A DNA stretch of 32,000 bases from positions 19,996-51,995 of the forward strand of contig JACQUA010000270.1 in the NCBI GenBank assembly GCA_016210565.1, in the 5' to 3' direction. Both the position numbers and the translations under genes were made by a program. The notes beneath the pieces were generated by a model. That model worked only from the letters and a program-made list of their open reading frames with translations. It ran no database searches and was not told the DNA's origin. Source of the stretch: Chloroflexota bacterium (GTDB taxonomy: Bacteria; Chloroflexota; Dehalococcoidia; JACQUA01). This document shows, in pieces, positions 1 to 8,792 of this stretch. Positions within the stretch are counted from its first letter, which is position 1. Each line of letters starts with the position of its first letter.

Positions 1-1
1 C

Positions 2-469
2 ATCAATGAGGGTGAACAGCGAGTTTTTTATGTAACTGGCGACAACACTACCTCATCCCTTCTGGAATTGGAAGAGAGAGTGACCGAAAAGTTTACCGAC
101 TTTACCGATGACAGGGGGATTTTGCATAAGGCATCTGATTTTGATATTATGTCAGTTATCAAGGTTAGAACGATACGTCTAGATAAGTTTGTCGATGAGG
201 CCGGTATTTCCGAGATACATTATTTAAAAATAGATACTGAGGGCAACGATCTCAACGTGCTGAAGAGTTTAGGCGAAAAATCTAATATAGTGTGGGCTTT
301 CGAAATCGAGGTTTGGAACGAGAAGCCCACTTTGTTTAAGGGTTCAGCCTGCGGTGACGAATGTTTGGATTATGTTGAATCGAAGGGGTTCTCGGTGGTC
401 GAGAAATTCATTCATGGCAGAGGAAAAACCGCCGATTTGCTCTGTGTTCGTAATTCGTTACTCAGGTGA
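2..469 (+). CDS. FkbM-family methyltransferase, C-terminal fragment (truncated by left window edge)
   Basis: Frame is open to base 2 (INEGEQRVFYVTGDNTTSSLLELEERV...), with FkbM-like 'IRLDKFVDEAGISEIHYLKIDTEGNDLNVLKSLG'. The listed start at 68 is only an internal TTG. Confidence 0.85.
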   Translation: MNEGEQRVFYVTGDNTTSSLLELEERVTEKFTDFTDDRGILHKASDFDIMSVIKVRTIRLDKFVDEAGISEIHYLKIDTEGNDLNVLKSLGEKSNIVWAFEIEVWNEKPTLFKGSACGDECLDYVESKGFSVVEKFIHGRGKTADLLCVRNSLLR

Positions 470-488
470 AATGAGAGAATCATAGCTC

Positions 489-1391
489 TTGGCTCAGATC
501 ACGATGCCTGTAGAATATGGCCGAGGTACTCCGGCCGCGCCGGTCTACCTGATTGGCGGCGAAGGCTATATCGGCTCCCTACTGCAAACTTTCTTACCCA
601 GGAATAACCTGATCAGGGTTGGCAATCCCAGAAAACAGTACGCCGACCCCGGTGTGCTTACCAACCTGCCTTCCAGGGTGCTGCCAAATTCTCGTTGTAT
701 CCTTCTGGCTGCGTTGACGGGGGAGAAGGCCTGCGAAGAAGACAGGAAGCTGGCCGACGAAACCAACGTTGAACTCGTGAAGAGAGTTTGCGAATTGGGT
801 TTTAGTAGAATCATCTTTGCTTCTACAACTTCGTTGTACGGTGTGACTGATTCTTATGCCAGCGAGCAAAGCCCGTTGCGAATAACTTCGTATTATACCG
901 AGACAAAACTCCGAGCCGAAGAAATAGTACTGGGCGCAAACGCCGGTAATATCGTTGCCAGACTGGCTATAGCCATTGGGGTCTCGCCGAAGATGGATTG
1001 GACACAACTCACCAACGTCCTGGTAAAGAGTGGCCTTGAAGGCCAACCCCTGGCAATATACGGTCCACATTCATTCCGACCCTACTGCGATGTCTATGAT
1101 ATTTCCAGGGGGCTGTTGCTGTTGCTCGACCGCTTCGATCTCGATGGCCGGGTCATAAATGTTGGCAGCACCGCTCTGAACTGCACCAAGCTGGACCTTG
1201 TCGAGAACCTGCAGAAATTGATTCCGAGCCTCAAGTACACTCTTTCAGGAGACGTGGACAAGAGAAGCTACAAGGTTTCGTTTGCCAAATTTGAGCAAAT
1301 GTATCAGTGCGCTTTGACTTTAAAAGATTCCTTCGCTCGCTTGATAGACTGTCATCGAGCGAACTTTGCCCCACGTGGAGCGGGAAGATAA
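489..1391 (+). CDS. NAD-dependent epimerase/dehydratase family protein (extended SDR)
   Basis: Glycine-rich 'LIGGEGYIGSLL', 'FASTTSLYG', 'YYTETKLRAEE' (YxxxK) and 'RPYCDVYDISRGL'. Start could be TTG 489 or ATG 504. Confidence 0.85.
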   Translation: MAQITMPVEYGRGTPAAPVYLIGGEGYIGSLLQTFLPRNNLIRVGNPRKQYADPGVLTNLPSRVLPNSRCILLAALTGEKACEEDRKLADETNVELVKRVCELGFSRIIFASTTSLYGVTDSYASEQSPLRITSYYTETKLRAEEIVLGANAGNIVARLAIAIGVSPKMDWTQLTNVLVKSGLEGQPLAIYGPHSFRPYCDVYDISRGLLLLLDRFDLDGRVINVGSTALNCTKLDLVENLQKLIPSLKYTLSGDVDKRSYKVSFAKFEQMYQCALTLKDSFARLIDCHRANFAPRGAGR

Positions 1392-1393
1392 AC

Positions 1394-2320
1394 ATGAAAA
1401 TAATCGTCCTGGGCGGCCATGGTTTTGTGGGTCAGAGCGTTATGGAAGAACTCCAGAATAAGAGGTGCAGTCCGATTGCACTTTCGCGCAGAGACGGGTT
1501 TGATTTGTTGAATTATGAAGCGGCCAGGGCCAGGTTGGTTGAGCTCTGTCCGGACGTAATTATCAATTGCGCCGCCCACTCTGGCAGCCTCCATTACGTT
1601 ACTGAATTCGCAGCCGATGTTGTCCACGATAACATGCAGATGATTCTAAACACTTATAAATTAGTTTCGGAAGTTTGTCCTCGAGCCAGGGTTATTAACC
1701 CGATGTCCAATTGTTCTTATCCTGGAGCCGCCACGATTCATAAAGAATCGGAATGGTGGGACGGGCCGGTGCATGACTCGGTATTGGCGTACGGTAACAC
1801 AAAAAGGCTGCTCTATGTGGTTTCCAGATGTTATCAAATGCAGCGTGGCATTTCATCAATCAATTTTTTGGTGCCCAACTGCTACGGTCCCGGCGACCAC
1901 ACCGACCCCAACAAGACACACGCACTGGATGGAATGATTATCAGAATGCTGCAATCAAAAAGGGAGGGGCAAAGGGAGTTTGAGATATGGGGTACGGGGC
2001 TGCCAATGCGAGAATGGATATACGTCAAGGACCTGGCGCAGATGCTGTGTGACGCCGTGAGCCTGACAGAAGATCTAGTTTATCCCATAAATATTGCCCA
2101 GAACAAAGCCCATTCAATAAGAGAGACTGCCGAAATGATTGCGTCACTAATCGGCTACAATGGTAAGCTCGTCTTCAACACCAAGTACCCGGATGGCGCC
2201 CCGGTGAAGATTCTGGACGATCGGCTTTTCCGTGAAAGATTTCCAGAATTTCAGTTTACGGACATTGCCCAGGGGCTCAGGGAAACGGTCAAGTATTACC
2301 AGGCAAAATTGGAGGCCTAG
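1394..2320 (+). CDS. NAD-dependent epimerase, GDP-L-fucose-synthase-like (extended SDR)
   Basis: ATG at 1394 begins 'MKIIVLGGHGFVGQSV'. Also 'VPNCYGPGDHTDPNKTHALDGMIIRMLQSKREGQREFEIWGTGLPMREWIYVKDLAQ'. The listed ORF start 1307 overlaps the previous gene. Confidence 0.88.
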   Translation: MKIIVLGGHGFVGQSVMEELQNKRCSPIALSRRDGFDLLNYEAARARLVELCPDVIINCAAHSGSLHYVTEFAADVVHDNMQMILNTYKLVSEVCPRARVINPMSNCSYPGAATIHKESEWWDGPVHDSVLAYGNTKRLLYVVSRCYQMQRGISSINFLVPNCYGPGDHTDPNKTHALDGMIIRMLQSKREGQREFEIWGTGLPMREWIYVKDLAQMLCDAVSLTEDLVYPINIAQNKAHSIRETAEMIASLIGYNGKLVFNTKYPDGAPVKILDDRLFRERFPEFQFTDIAQGLRETVKYYQAKLEA

Positions 2321-2322
2321 AA

Positions 2323-3249
2323 ATGAACGTACTCGTTACAGGCGGCGCCGGATATGTTGGCACCAGCCTGGTCCCCCTACTCCTTGAAAGGGGTTATAAA
2401 GTGCGAGTGTTTGATAACCTGATGTTCGGGGGAGCGCCGGTACTGCCGTTCTTTAGAAACCAGAACTTTCAGTTTATTAACGGCGACATCCGAAACAAGG
2501 ATGATATCGTACGCGCTATGAAGGATCAGGACATTGTTGTTCACCTGGCGGCGATTGTTGGCTACCCAGCTTGTCGCAAGGAGCCTATCCTGGCCGAGCA
2601 GGTCAACATCGGCGGCGTTGACAACTTGATCGGGGGTGTCTCGAAAGACCAATTAGTCTTGTTTTCTTCAACGGGGAGCAACTACGGTTGCGTTGAAGGC
2701 ATTTGCACGGAAGAAACCCCTCTAAATCCCTTGAGTTTATATGGTCAGACAAAGACTGTAGCCGAGAGACGACTACTCGAGAACTCTAACGCAATTGTTT
2801 ATCGCTTTGCCACCGCGTTCGGCATTTCCCCACGCATGCGGCTTGACCTTCTCATCAACGACTTCGTCTACAGGGCGCTTACTGAAGGTTATCTGGTCGT
2901 TTATGAAAGCCAGTTCAGGCGAACGTTCATTCATGTGCACGACATGTGCCGGGCCTTCTTGTTCGCAATCGACCACGCAGATAAGATGGCCGGGCAGGTA
3001 TACAACGTTGGGTCTGAAAAGATGAACCTCAGTAAGCGCGACGTTTGTGAACAAATTGCAGCGAAGATCAATTGTCATGTTCATTACGCAGACGTGGGAG
3101 AAGACCAGGACAAGCGAGACTATGTCGTCAGTTACCACAAGATAAACAGTCTAGGCTATCAGACAACTGTAACCGTTGATGAGGGCATCGATGAGCTGAT
3201 CAGGGCGCTCCGGGTGGTACAAATCAAAACGCCGTATTCTAATGTCTAA
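2323..3249 (+). CDS. NAD-dependent epimerase/dehydratase family protein
   Basis: 'MNVLVTGGAGYVGTSLVPLLLERGYKV', 'FSSTGSNYG', 'LYGQTKTVAER', 'FATAFGISPRMRLDLLINDFV', 'RRTFIHVHDMCRA'. Starts 2 bp after the previous stop. Confidence 0.9.
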   Translation: MNVLVTGGAGYVGTSLVPLLLERGYKVRVFDNLMFGGAPVLPFFRNQNFQFINGDIRNKDDIVRAMKDQDIVVHLAAIVGYPACRKEPILAEQVNIGGVDNLIGGVSKDQLVLFSSTGSNYGCVEGICTEETPLNPLSLYGQTKTVAERRLLENSNAIVYRFATAFGISPRMRLDLLINDFVYRALTEGYLVVYESQFRRTFIHVHDMCRAFLFAIDHADKMAGQVYNVGSEKMNLSKRDVCEQIAAKINCHVHYADVGEDQDKRDYVVSYHKINSLGYQTTVTVDEGIDELIRALRVVQIKTPYSNV

Positions 3250-3756
3250 TAAAGACGCACTAAATAATGACGAATAGGCTCACACAAAGGCACAAAGGGA
3301 TCGTTGGGAGGGGACGTGGCGAGACAACACCATACTTGTTTCAGTGTCTCCGTATTCTTTGCGTCTCTGTGTCTTTGTGTGAAACCGTATCCCCCCGTAA
3401 TATTCTGATCCTTACCCACATTTGCAGGGCTGGACACAGAGCGTCTCTTGAAATGTGGAACATAGGCGCAGCCAATAGTTTGATTGCTCCAGGCGAGGTT
3501 GCGGATAACCGGTACCACAGGCGTCCCTGCCTGTGAGCGCTGGATCTTGAACAAGGCAAACTTAATCCGTTGGTGACGAATGGCAAGCCTCCAATTCGTT
3601 CCGGATACGGTCATTGGCACAAGAAGGCGCCGTACAAGATCCAAGTCTCGCAGGCACGGAGGCCTGCGGTACCGGTCCTCTGTGTCCAGCCCGAGATGTG
3701 GGACACGATCAGCGTAATATTACCCCGATGCGACATTTATTACTGCGTTTGTATTA
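3247..3756. mobile_element. Large fold-back / MITE-like non-coding element with imperfect inverted arms and apparent nested insertions in the left arm
   Basis: Outer arms 3247-3278 vs reverse complement of 3725-3756: about 24/32 identical. Middle arms 3397-3441 vs 3678-3723 share GTAATATT, CTGATC, CCCACAT and GGGCTGGACACAGAG. Inner arms 3508-3549 vs 3635-3676: about 35/42 identical. No convincing ORF. Confidence 0.75.
3279..3385. repeat. Sub-element with its own inverted ends (CTCACACAAAGGCACAAAGG ... CTGTGTCTTTGTGTGAAA) nested in the left arm of the fold-back element
   Basis: Bases 3279-3300 match the reverse complement of the 3363-3384 region with few mismatches. This block is absent from the opposite arm. 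Confidence 0.6.
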
Positions 3757-3763
3757 GTAGGCG

Positions 3764-4909
3764 TTGGCTGTCGTGAAAATCGGGATACTGGAACTCCTGG
3801 AACACCATATATTCTTGTATTCATTGGCGTCGGTGGCCAGGAGAAGCGGCGCTGACGTGACCATATTCACCACTGAAACCCTATACGCTCGCGTTGCCCC
3901 ACTATTCAAGGCAAGGGTCGAAGACTACAGGTGGGTCATACGGGGTCGAAATGAAAGACTCTGGTCCGTCTTGAAACGTGTTGAGAGAATAGCTGAGACA
4001 GAGCTGGACTTGCTGATCGTTAACACACTGGAGGGCAGTGCACTGTACTGGCTCGTGCACTCCGCGTTTGCCCCAAACTGCAAGACCCTCCTGGTAACCG
4101 GTCGGATTACGGACTGGTTTGAGAACAAGTATCGGCTGGCTAAACCGTGGGACGTCGTCGGCTTCCTCAATAACAACGTTGCACATTTCGTCGCCAGGAG
4201 AATGATGCCCCGATTTGACGGGATAGTTGTCCACACCAGAGCCATGCAAGATTATGCCCTGGCGCACGGCTATACGAAAGACATAGTGCTGCTTCCCTAC
4301 TCAATATATGAAGAGAATGGGTCCCCGGCCAACAATGGCAAAAAAGTTAAGTTCGTCGTTACGGGTTCGATCGACGATTGCCGCCGCAATTACGATGGGT
4401 TGCTGGACGGTTTTGAAAAACTATCGAGTTCTGGCAGGGAAAAGGTATGTCTCACTTTGCTTGGTTGGCCAGCCAGCCGGTACGGACGAAGGATTATTGA
4501 CCGGTGCCGCCGGTTGAAGGAAGGTGGGCTCGACGTTCGGTTCTATGATGAGTTCATACCGGAAGAGAGTTTCATGGCAGAAATGGCCTCGGCGGATGCG
4601 CTGATCAATCCGGTCCGGTTGACGAACTATCGCGGCGGAATCTTTATGAGTGGTCTGGTGGAAGCCATCAGGCACGCTAAGCCGGGTATCTACCCCGCGG
4701 GCTACGTTGTTCCCGAAGAGCTTCTGTCCAGCTCACTGTTCTACAGCGGTATTGAGCAATTGCCCTGCCTGATAGAGGACACCATTCTAACTGACGGCGG
4801 AGTCTTTCAAGAATTGTCCCGCAATGCAATAGTGAACGCACAGAAATATTCTCTGCAGGCGGTAGCGGATTACTTCAAGACCACCGTGCTGGAGCGTATG
4901 CTCCGGTGA
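3764..4909 (+). CDS. Putative GT-B fold glycosyltransferase
   Basis: 381 aa, 'VKFVVTGSIDDCRRNYDGLLDGFEKL', 'VCLTLLGWPASRYG', 'ASADALINPVR...SGLVEAIRHAKPGIYP' resemble a GT4-like C-terminal domain. TTG start. Confidence 0.55.
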   Translation: MAVVKIGILELLEHHIFLYSLASVARRSGADVTIFTTETLYARVAPLFKARVEDYRWVIRGRNERLWSVLKRVERIAETELDLLIVNTLEGSALYWLVHSAFAPNCKTLLVTGRITDWFENKYRLAKPWDVVGFLNNNVAHFVARRMMPRFDGIVVHTRAMQDYALAHGYTKDIVLLPYSIYEENGSPANNGKKVKFVVTGSIDDCRRNYDGLLDGFEKLSSSGREKVCLTLLGWPASRYGRRIIDRCRRLKEGGLDVRFYDEFIPEESFMAEMASADALINPVRLTNYRGGIFMSGLVEAIRHAKPGIYPAGYVVPEELLSSSLFYSGIEQLPCLIEDTILTDGGVFQELSRNAIVNAQKYSLQAVADYFKTTVLERMLR

Positions 4910-4926
4910 GGCCTATCCAATGATCC

Positions 4927-5811
4927 TTATTGCAAAGGCAACTCATGCGGCAACCCTCCCGTCACAAGGTCATTGTACCGACTGTGCTCGAAAAAGTGAC
5001 ATGCATAAATCCGGTGGTACCAGGGCTCCACAACTTCTGCTGAAACCAAATGGTAGGGAATCCCTAACTTTATGTTCCTGTGGGTCTGATTGAACTCATT
5101 TATTGCCAGTCTCTCTCCAGTGTAATCGTTGAATAGCTCTATCTCTGTCCCGATGATATCATCAAAGTAGCAGAATACGCGAGGCAAGTAGTATTTTTCA
5201 CCACGTTCGAGCATACTCAGCGCCATAACCGTGGACGAATATAAATCGAAATCATATGATATGGCGCCAATCGGCGCAGGGTTAAACTTTTCGAAAAAGG
5301 ACTTTCCCGCATCTGTAATATCTCCAAGGACAAGCTTTGCGCTTTTCAATTTTGCTTGAAGTTTAGGGATATCCATCTCATAAAAACCCTCTTTGTAGCA
5401 ATATGGCAAGTCTCGATAGTCCGATGGTTCAGGCAGTCCTCTGCCAGTATCAAAACCAAAAATGTCAATGTCCACCGAACACAACTTCGATATTTGCCGA
5501 GCATGTTCTTCAAGATTTACCAGTCCGTTCCCACCAGCCACACCGAACTCCAAGACGCTTATTCGTGGATATCCCAATTTCTTTGCCAGAACAGCCGCGT
5601 TGTAAACGATGTATCCATACCACGGGCGGTCCACAGCTCCTATTTTTACGCGTTGCTCATAGTTACCGATCTTGAAACGTCGGATAAGTCCTTTTGCTAT
5701 TGTACGAAGCGGATATGGGTCGAGAATTAATCCCTCGAATTTCCGTAGCATCGCTTTTCTCCCTCGGGTGAATATTGTGAAACGCTGTATTAGCAGTACC
5801 GGGAGAGCCAT
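4927..5811 (-). CDS. Class I SAM-dependent methyltransferase-like protein
   Basis: 'ISVLEFGVAGGNGLVNLEEHARQIS...VDIDIFGFDTGRGLPEP', 'KLVLGDITDAG', 'PIGAISYDFDLYSSTVMAL'. Start may be the internal M at 5751. Confidence 0.55.
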   Translation of the reverse strand: MALPVLLIQRFTIFTRGRKAMLRKFEGLILDPYPLRTIAKGLIRRFKIGNYEQRVKIGAVDRPWYGYIVYNAAVLAKKLGYPRISVLEFGVAGGNGLVNLEEHARQISKLCSVDIDIFGFDTGRGLPEPSDYRDLPYCYKEGFYEMDIPKLQAKLKSAKLVLGDITDAGKSFFEKFNPAPIGAISYDFDLYSSTVMALSMLERGEKYYLPRVFCYFDDIIGTEIELFNDYTGERLAINEFNQTHRNIKLGIPYHLVSAEVVEPWYHRIYACHFFEHSRYNDLVTGGLPHELPLQ

Positions 5812-5861
5812 GGTTAGTGACCATTAGCCCCGCGCCCCCGCCAGCGCAAGCTGGCCGTTTC

Positions 5862-6962
5862 TCAGGGACTTGTCTTTCCGCCAATGCCTTCGACTATTCT
5901 CTCGAACTCGCCCAGAGACTTCGGGAACAGTATCGGCGAGCGGCTTTGCCGGAGCAGGTAGTCCCTCAGATATCTCCTCGTTTCTTCATCTTTGAGGGGG
6001 ACCATGTCCATCAGGGAAACGGCCAGCCCTCTTTCCACGTTAGCGAGCGCCATTGAAGCAAAGTCCAGATACATCTTCACATTATCATGGTACAAGAACT
6101 CGGCAGGTACAAAGTCGGGCAGAACCCGGCCAAATCCCACCGTAACCCGGCGGTCGGTGGAAGCAGGATGATATTTGATAGCCACCCTATCTTCGGGGAA
6201 GTGCCTGGCCAGGACCTGGAAGACCCCATCCAATATCTTTTTGTAGGCCTGGGTATCCCTGACGTAATCATGTTCTACCAGGTCCTCATCAAAGTAGGCG
6301 ACACTGTAATCACTGACATCGAAAATCTTGAACTGGCTCAGGTCAAAACCCTGAAGCATGCTGTTACTTTCCTCCGGGCCGATAATCCTGTCGACCTTTT
6401 CCTGCAGGAACTTATCCGACAGCCCCGGGACTTTCAGACCCGCAGGGTGCATGGCCAACTCCGTGTGGCGCCCGTAAACCAGTTTGCACCTGGCTAAGTA
6501 CGCCAGGTCGTCAATGTTCGCCGCAACAACTGTTTGCATCGACAATGCATCGTTAAGTCGATCCGGCATGAAGGTGAGTCTGTTGTGTCTGCCGAGCTTC
6601 CGTAACAGGTAGATCAGGCTGGCGTTAAAATACCGGCTGAAGAAGAAGACCTCGGCGCCCCTGAACCGGGCGAAGTTCCGGCTAAAAACGCGCGCCAGGT
6701 ATCGCGATTCTCCTATCATGTCGGGGACGAACCAGAACGCCTTGGCAATCCTGCTGCGTACCGTGGCTATACGCCAGATGTACCCATCAAGGTAGACGAG
6801 CTGAAGAGAATTGTCAAATGCCTTTTCGTTGGCAAGCTGGAGGAACTGAAAAAGGTCGCGGTCGCCGGTAACTGTCACGGTTATCCGGTGCTTGTCTTTG
6901 TGTTGCATGGCTACGTAGAGGGCGTTCTTTATCTGCGGATAGGCGTCGCAGAAGATCACCAC
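5862..6962 (-). CDS. Putative glycosyltransferase, possibly polysialyltransferase/GT52-like; otherwise hypothetical
   Basis: 'VVIFCDAYPQIKNALYVAMQHKDKHRITVTVTGD', and 'VAIKYHPAS' resembling an HP motif. The 7019 start reads through a low-complexity repeat, so a GTG at 6962/6959 is more likely. Confidence 0.4.
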   Translation of the reverse strand: MVIFCDAYPQIKNALYVAMQHKDKHRITVTVTGDRDLFQFLQLANEKAFDNSLQLVYLDGYIWRIATVRSRIAKAFWFVPDMIGESRYLARVFSRNFARFRGAEVFFFSRYFNASLIYLLRKLGRHNRLTFMPDRLNDALSMQTVVAANIDDLAYLARCKLVYGRHTELAMHPAGLKVPGLSDKFLQEKVDRIIGPEESNSMLQGFDLSQFKIFDVSDYSVAYFDEDLVEHDYVRDTQAYKKILDGVFQVLARHFPEDRVAIKYHPASTDRRVTVGFGRVLPDFVPAEFLYHDNVKMYLDFASMALANVERGLAVSLMDMVPLKDEETRRYLRDYLLRQSRSPILFPKSLGEFERIVEGIGGKTSP

Positions 6963-6975
6963 CTCAGACGGAGGT

Positions 6976-7010
6976 TTCACCGCAGAGGACGCAAAGGGTC
7001 GCAGAGGACT
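6976..7010. repeat. Short direct-repeat element CACCGCAGAGGACGCAAAGGGTCGCAGAGGA
   Basis: Internally repetitive CGCAGAGGA; of the type widely seen as intergenic low-complexity repeat. Confidence 0.5.
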
Positions 7011-7073
7011 GTTACTCACCTGATGCTTCCCCGTGGGCGTTCCCCTGCATCCTTTCCGGCGAACTGTCTTCCG

Positions 7074-7718
7074 TCATTCATCATCTCTCCTCCCCTGGAC
7101 GACCTTCGCGGGAGTCCCACCCACCACCACGTTATCCGGGATATTTTCCAGGACCACCGAGCCGGCCCCCACCACGGTGTTCTGCCCTATGGTTACCAGC
7201 TCCTTGACCACGGATCCGATCCCGACGAGAGCGCTGTTGCCCACCTTGACGGCGCCGGCCAGAGAGCACCCGGGACCGACATGGGCGTGGTCTCCAATCT
7301 GATTGTCGTGTTCGATTATGGCCCCGGTGTTGATAATCACGTTATCCCCGATCCTCACCCCGGTGCTTATTATGGCTCCCATGGATACGGTTACCCCGTG
7401 TCCGAGCCGGGCGCTCGGAGCGATCGACGCCGTCGGGTGAATCGCATTTATCAGCTCCAGGCCCATCCCCCGGAGCTTCTCAAAATGGGCCGCCCTGATG
7501 TCGTTCATGCTTACAGCGACGATCGCGCCCTTGACCCCGCGTTCCATCAGACCGGGTATGACCGAATGGTCCCCGACGATGGGAATGCCCTTGATGTTAG
7601 CGCCCGGTTTGGGGACCTCGTTGTGGACGAAGGCCACGATCTCCACATTGCGGTCATAGCTCAATATCTCGTAGAGAATCCTGGCCTGGCCCCCGGCCCC
7701 GATGATGATTGTTTTCAT
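7074..7718 (-). CDS. NeuD/PglD-family sugar O-/N-acyltransferase (left-handed beta-helix)
   Basis: 'MKTIIIGAGGQARILYEILSYD', hexapeptide repeats 'GVTVSMGAIISTGVRIGDNVIINTGAIIEHDNQIGDHAHVGPGCSLAG', 'VVGGTPAKVV'. Confidence 0.9.
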   Translation of the reverse strand: MKTIIIGAGGQARILYEILSYDRNVEIVAFVHNEVPKPGANIKGIPIVGDHSVIPGLMERGVKGAIVAVSMNDIRAAHFEKLRGMGLELINAIHPTASIAPSARLGHGVTVSMGAIISTGVRIGDNVIINTGAIIEHDNQIGDHAHVGPGCSLAGAVKVGNSALVGIGSVVKELVTIGQNTVVGAGSVVLENIPDNVVVGGTPAKVVQGRRDDE

Positions 7719-7732
7719 TGCTGTAAAAATGT

Positions 7733-7890
7733 CACCCTGAGCCGAAACCCTGAGTGAAGCGAAGGGGCCGGCGAAGGGTCTTTTATCTGGCGCCCCGCCT
7801 TGAAAGAACTTGTCCTGAGCGGAGCGAAGGATTCTTCGACTATCCCGATTCTATCGGGACTACGCTCGCTACGCTCAGAATGACAGATGC
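7733..7890. repeat. Composite intergenic repeat of the CCTGAGCGAAGCGAAGGA type with hairpin TCCCGAT-TCT-ATCGGGA
   Basis: 'CACCCTGAGCCGAAACCCTGAGTGAAGCGAAGGGG...CTTGTCCTGAGCGGAGCGAAGGATTCTTCGAC' then a perfect 7-bp stem at 7843-7859 and 'CGCTACGCTCAGAATGACA'. A fragment recurs at 12779-12804. Confidence 0.75.
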
Positions 7891-7901
7891 CCCAGCCGTT
7901 C

Positions 7902-8642
7902 TCATTGTTCCTGTCTCACAGGCGGGGACGCCTGTGGCACCGACTGGATTGCCCCGCTTTCGAGGGCGGCGTCGGATTCTGCCAGGCGCTCGGCATCGGC
8001 GGCGGCCCCGTTGATTTTCAGGATCCTGGCAGGGACGCCCACCGCCACGGCGTTCTCAGGGACATCGTTGAAGACCACCGCCCCGGCGCCAACCGTGGCG
8101 CCTTCGCCAATCGTTAGCCGTTGCGCCACGGTCGCCCGAATGCCCACGTGGGCGTACCTCTTGATGGTCACTTTGCCCGCCAGCTTGGCCCCGGGGGAAA
8201 GGTGGGTGTGGTCTTCAATCACGTTGTCATGGTCGATGATGACGCCGGTATTTATGATGACATTGTTGCCGATGGTGGTCCCGGCGTTCACCATGGCGCC
8301 CGAGGCGATCACCACGCCTTCCCCCATTTCGACGCCCCGGGCAATGATGGACCTCGGATGAATGGCGTTTTCCAGCCTGAGGCCCAGCCCCCGCAAGCGG
8401 TTGAAAACCTCCGCCCTTACCCGGTTGTTGCCCACGGCGATGATGGCCGCGTCCAGCTTGTGCCTGGCGACCAGTTCGGGCAGGGAACCCGTACTTCCCA
8501 GGACCGGAACGCCGTCCACGACCTTGTGGTGGGAATCCCGGTCGTCGTCAACAAAGCGGATGAGCTTGACGTTCAGGTTATACCGCAGGATGTCCAGCAC
8601 CACTCTGCCGTGCCCTCCGGCCCCAACGATGACAATGTTCAT
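7902..8642 (-). CDS. NeuD-family sugar acyltransferase (second copy)
   Basis: 'MNIVIVGAGGHGRVVLDILRYN', 'NVIINTGVIIDHDNVIEDHTHLSPGAKLAGKVTI', 'AVGVPARILK'. C-terminal tail is repeat-derived. Confidence 0.9.
   Translation of the reverse strand: MNIVIVGAGGHGRVVLDILRYNLNVKLIRFVDDDRDSHHKVVDGVPVLGSTGSLPELVARHKLDAAIIAVGNNRVRAEVFNRLRGLGLRLENAIHPRSIIARGVEMGEGVVIASGAMVNAGTTIGNNVIINTGVIIDHDNVIEDHTHLSPGAKLAGKVTIKRYAHVGIRATVAQRLTIGEGATVGAGAVVFNDVPENAVAVGVPARILKINGAAADAERLAESDAALESGAIQSVPQASPPVRQEQ
7917..7936. repeat. Palindromic element CACAGGCG-GGGA-CGCCTGTG (family A)
   Basis: Perfect 8-bp stem with 4-nt loop, lying inside the 3' end of the second NeuD-like gene. Confidence 0.8.
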
Positions 8643-8792
8643 GTCAAAAAGTTGTCAGCATCCAGCCAACAGCTTTCAGCCTCCGAATCCCCGTAGCCGG
8701 CGGCTGGCTTGATAGCTAATAGCTGACAGCCGATAGCCGGCAGCCTCTTTTGCATTTTGGTTTGTCATTTAGATTTTTGACTTTTGGTTTTC

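Noticed and set aside
3267-3776. Small ORFs in the 3.25-3.76 kb gap, on both strands
   Set aside because: They read through inverted-repeat arms and have no plausible start contexts or homologous motifs.
7754-8014. ORF with '...CPERSEGFFDYPDSIG...'
   Set aside because: This peptide is translation of the common CCTGAGCGAAGCGAAGGA-type intergenic repeat.
8643-8792. Low-complexity AGCTGACAGCCGATAGC... gap between neuD-like and neuC as a regulatory RNA
   Set aside because: It resembles common short degenerate AGCTGA/AGCTAAT-type spacer repeats. I saw no specific conserved structure beyond that.
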